Positions 63,082 to 64,000 of a DNA stretch of 64,000 nt are shown here, one piece after another. Position 1 is the first letter of the stretch, and every line of letters begins with the position of its first letter. The stretch is from a virus. Both the position numbers and the translations under genes were made by a program. The DNA is taken from the IMG/VR virus record IMGVR_UViG_3300024261_000009, positions 1-64,000 of that record; one strand, 5' to 3'. The notes beneath the pieces are model-generated. The model did not search any database. It was not told where the DNA came from and was given only the letters and a program-made list of their open reading frames with translations.

Positions 63082-64000
63082 TGGGCCTCTAGGGAGTGTA
63101 TTGGTCAACTCACTGCTTCCCGAAGTTCACCGAATTTCGGGGCCTCTGGATAAGAAAAACCTTCGGACCAGTTTAAAAGAGTACGCGCGTAAAGACCCAA
63201 GAGGGTACGCCGAAAAAGTTACGGATATTAAGAATCTGGGGGATGAGTTTGCTACTTACGAGGGCGTGTCCGTCGGCCTAGACGATATAGAACCTCAGTA
63301 CAGGGTCCGGGACCCTATCCTGAAGAACGCTCGAAAACAGTTCTGGTCGGCAAAGTCCGAGGACGAAAAGACTAAGGTGCTCCTAGCAACGCAAGATAAG
63401 CTGAAGGGCATAACTGGGTCCCACCCGGGCGACTTGGGTCTTATGGCTCGTTCCGGGGGTCGGGGAAACTTGGCTCAGATGATGAAGGCAACAGCCTCCC
63501 CTGTGGTGATTGGCGATTACCACGGAGCGCCGGTTCCCTACTTAATATCGAGGGGCTACTCGGAAGGACTAGCTCCAGCAGAGCATTGGATAGCGGGAGA
63601 CGAGAGTCGCGCTCAGGTTATTAAGGGTCAGTTAGGGACGGCGGACCCTGGGGAACTTGGGAATATAATGGCCGCAATGATGTCCTCTCAGGTTATCTCG
63701 TCAGAAGACTGTGGGACAGACAATGGGCTTCTACTAAAGTCTGGGGATACAAACTCTCTAGGCCGGTTTGAGGCGGGAACGAACAGAATAGTAGACTCCC
63801 GGATATTAAAAGCTGTAGGTAGGACCGGGGGCATTAAAGTTCGCTCCCCAATGACCTGCGAGCTCCCCTCTGGAGTGTGCAAAAAGTGTCAGGGAACGAA
63901 CAACTACGGAGAACTCGAGGAAATAGGTTCCAACGTAGGAGTAGCTTCTGCCCAAGCTTTGGGTGAACCTCTAACCCAACTAACGCTGTCTTCAAAGCAC
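63071..64000 (+). CDS. RNA polymerase beta' C-terminal half (runs off the window; absent from the ORF track)
   Basis: ATG 63071, open to the end; SGGRGN, GYSEGLAPAEH (bridge helix), EDCGT...VRSPMTC...GVCKKC (Zn site), VGVASAQALGEPLTQLTLSSKH (trigger loop). Confidence 0.92.
   Translation, partial: MSISGPLGSVLVNSLLPEVHRISGPLDKKNLRTSLKEYARKDPRGYAEKVTDIKNLGDEFATYEGVSVGLDDIEPQYRVRDPILKNARKQFWSAKSEDEKTKVLLATQDKLKGITGSHPGDLGLMARSGGRGNLAQMMKATASPVVIGDYHGAPVPYLISRGYSEGLAPAEHWIAGDESRAQVIKGQLGTADPGELGNIMAAMMSSQVISSEDCGTDNGLLLKSGDTNSLGRFEAGTNRIVDSRILKAVGRTGGIKVRSPMTCELPSGVCKKCQGTNNYGELEEIGSNVGVASAQALGEPLTQLTLSSKH

Noticed and set aside
1-64000. TAG stop-codon reassignment, as in some large phages
   Set aside because: Motif-bearing genes are full length in code 11 and TAG stops are followed immediately by new starts (e.g. 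14514/14515, 17165/17166)
1-64000. CRISPR array, DGR template/variable repeat pair, tRNA or rRNA genes
   Set aside because: No regularly spaced repeats and no long near-identical repeat pair differing at adenines were seen; GTTCGA hits (3153, about 15165, about 59870) lack cloverleaf context

Overview
This is a 64-kb segment of a large tailed bacteriophage genome (jumbo-myovirus-like, contractile tail, standard genetic code, bacterial Shine-Dalgarno sites). The plus strand carries mostly virion and late functions: tail assembly chaperones joined by a -1 frameshift, a tape-measure-like protein, baseplate hub, gp25-like, J-like and wedge genes, fibre-like genes, the terminase large subunit, a probable portal, small glycine-zipper proteins with a shared N-terminal leader, and a multi-subunit RNA polymerase encoded as a beta/beta'-N fusion plus a separate beta'-C gene. 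The minus strand carries mostly DNA metabolism: UDG-like/exonuclease/PolA polymerase, primase-helicase, two PD-(D/E)xK nucleases, RNase H, SNF2 and DinG helicases, ParB, RuvC and a MoxR AAA+/VWA-peptidase pair. Three sigma-70-family factors are present. The best candidate for a new system is a retron-type reverse transcriptase (30823-31923). It has a non-canonical YSDN active site, lacks NAxxH, has no room for an adjacent msr-msd RNA, and is coupled to three orphan genes. A hairpin with a CG-TAT-CG core sits over its ribosome-binding site, and the same core recurs with compensatory stem changes twice in an 800-nt, densely folded non-coding region at 2755-3555. No tRNA, rRNA, CRISPR array, integrase or transposase was recognised. 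All product calls come from motifs read by eye; no database searches were run.
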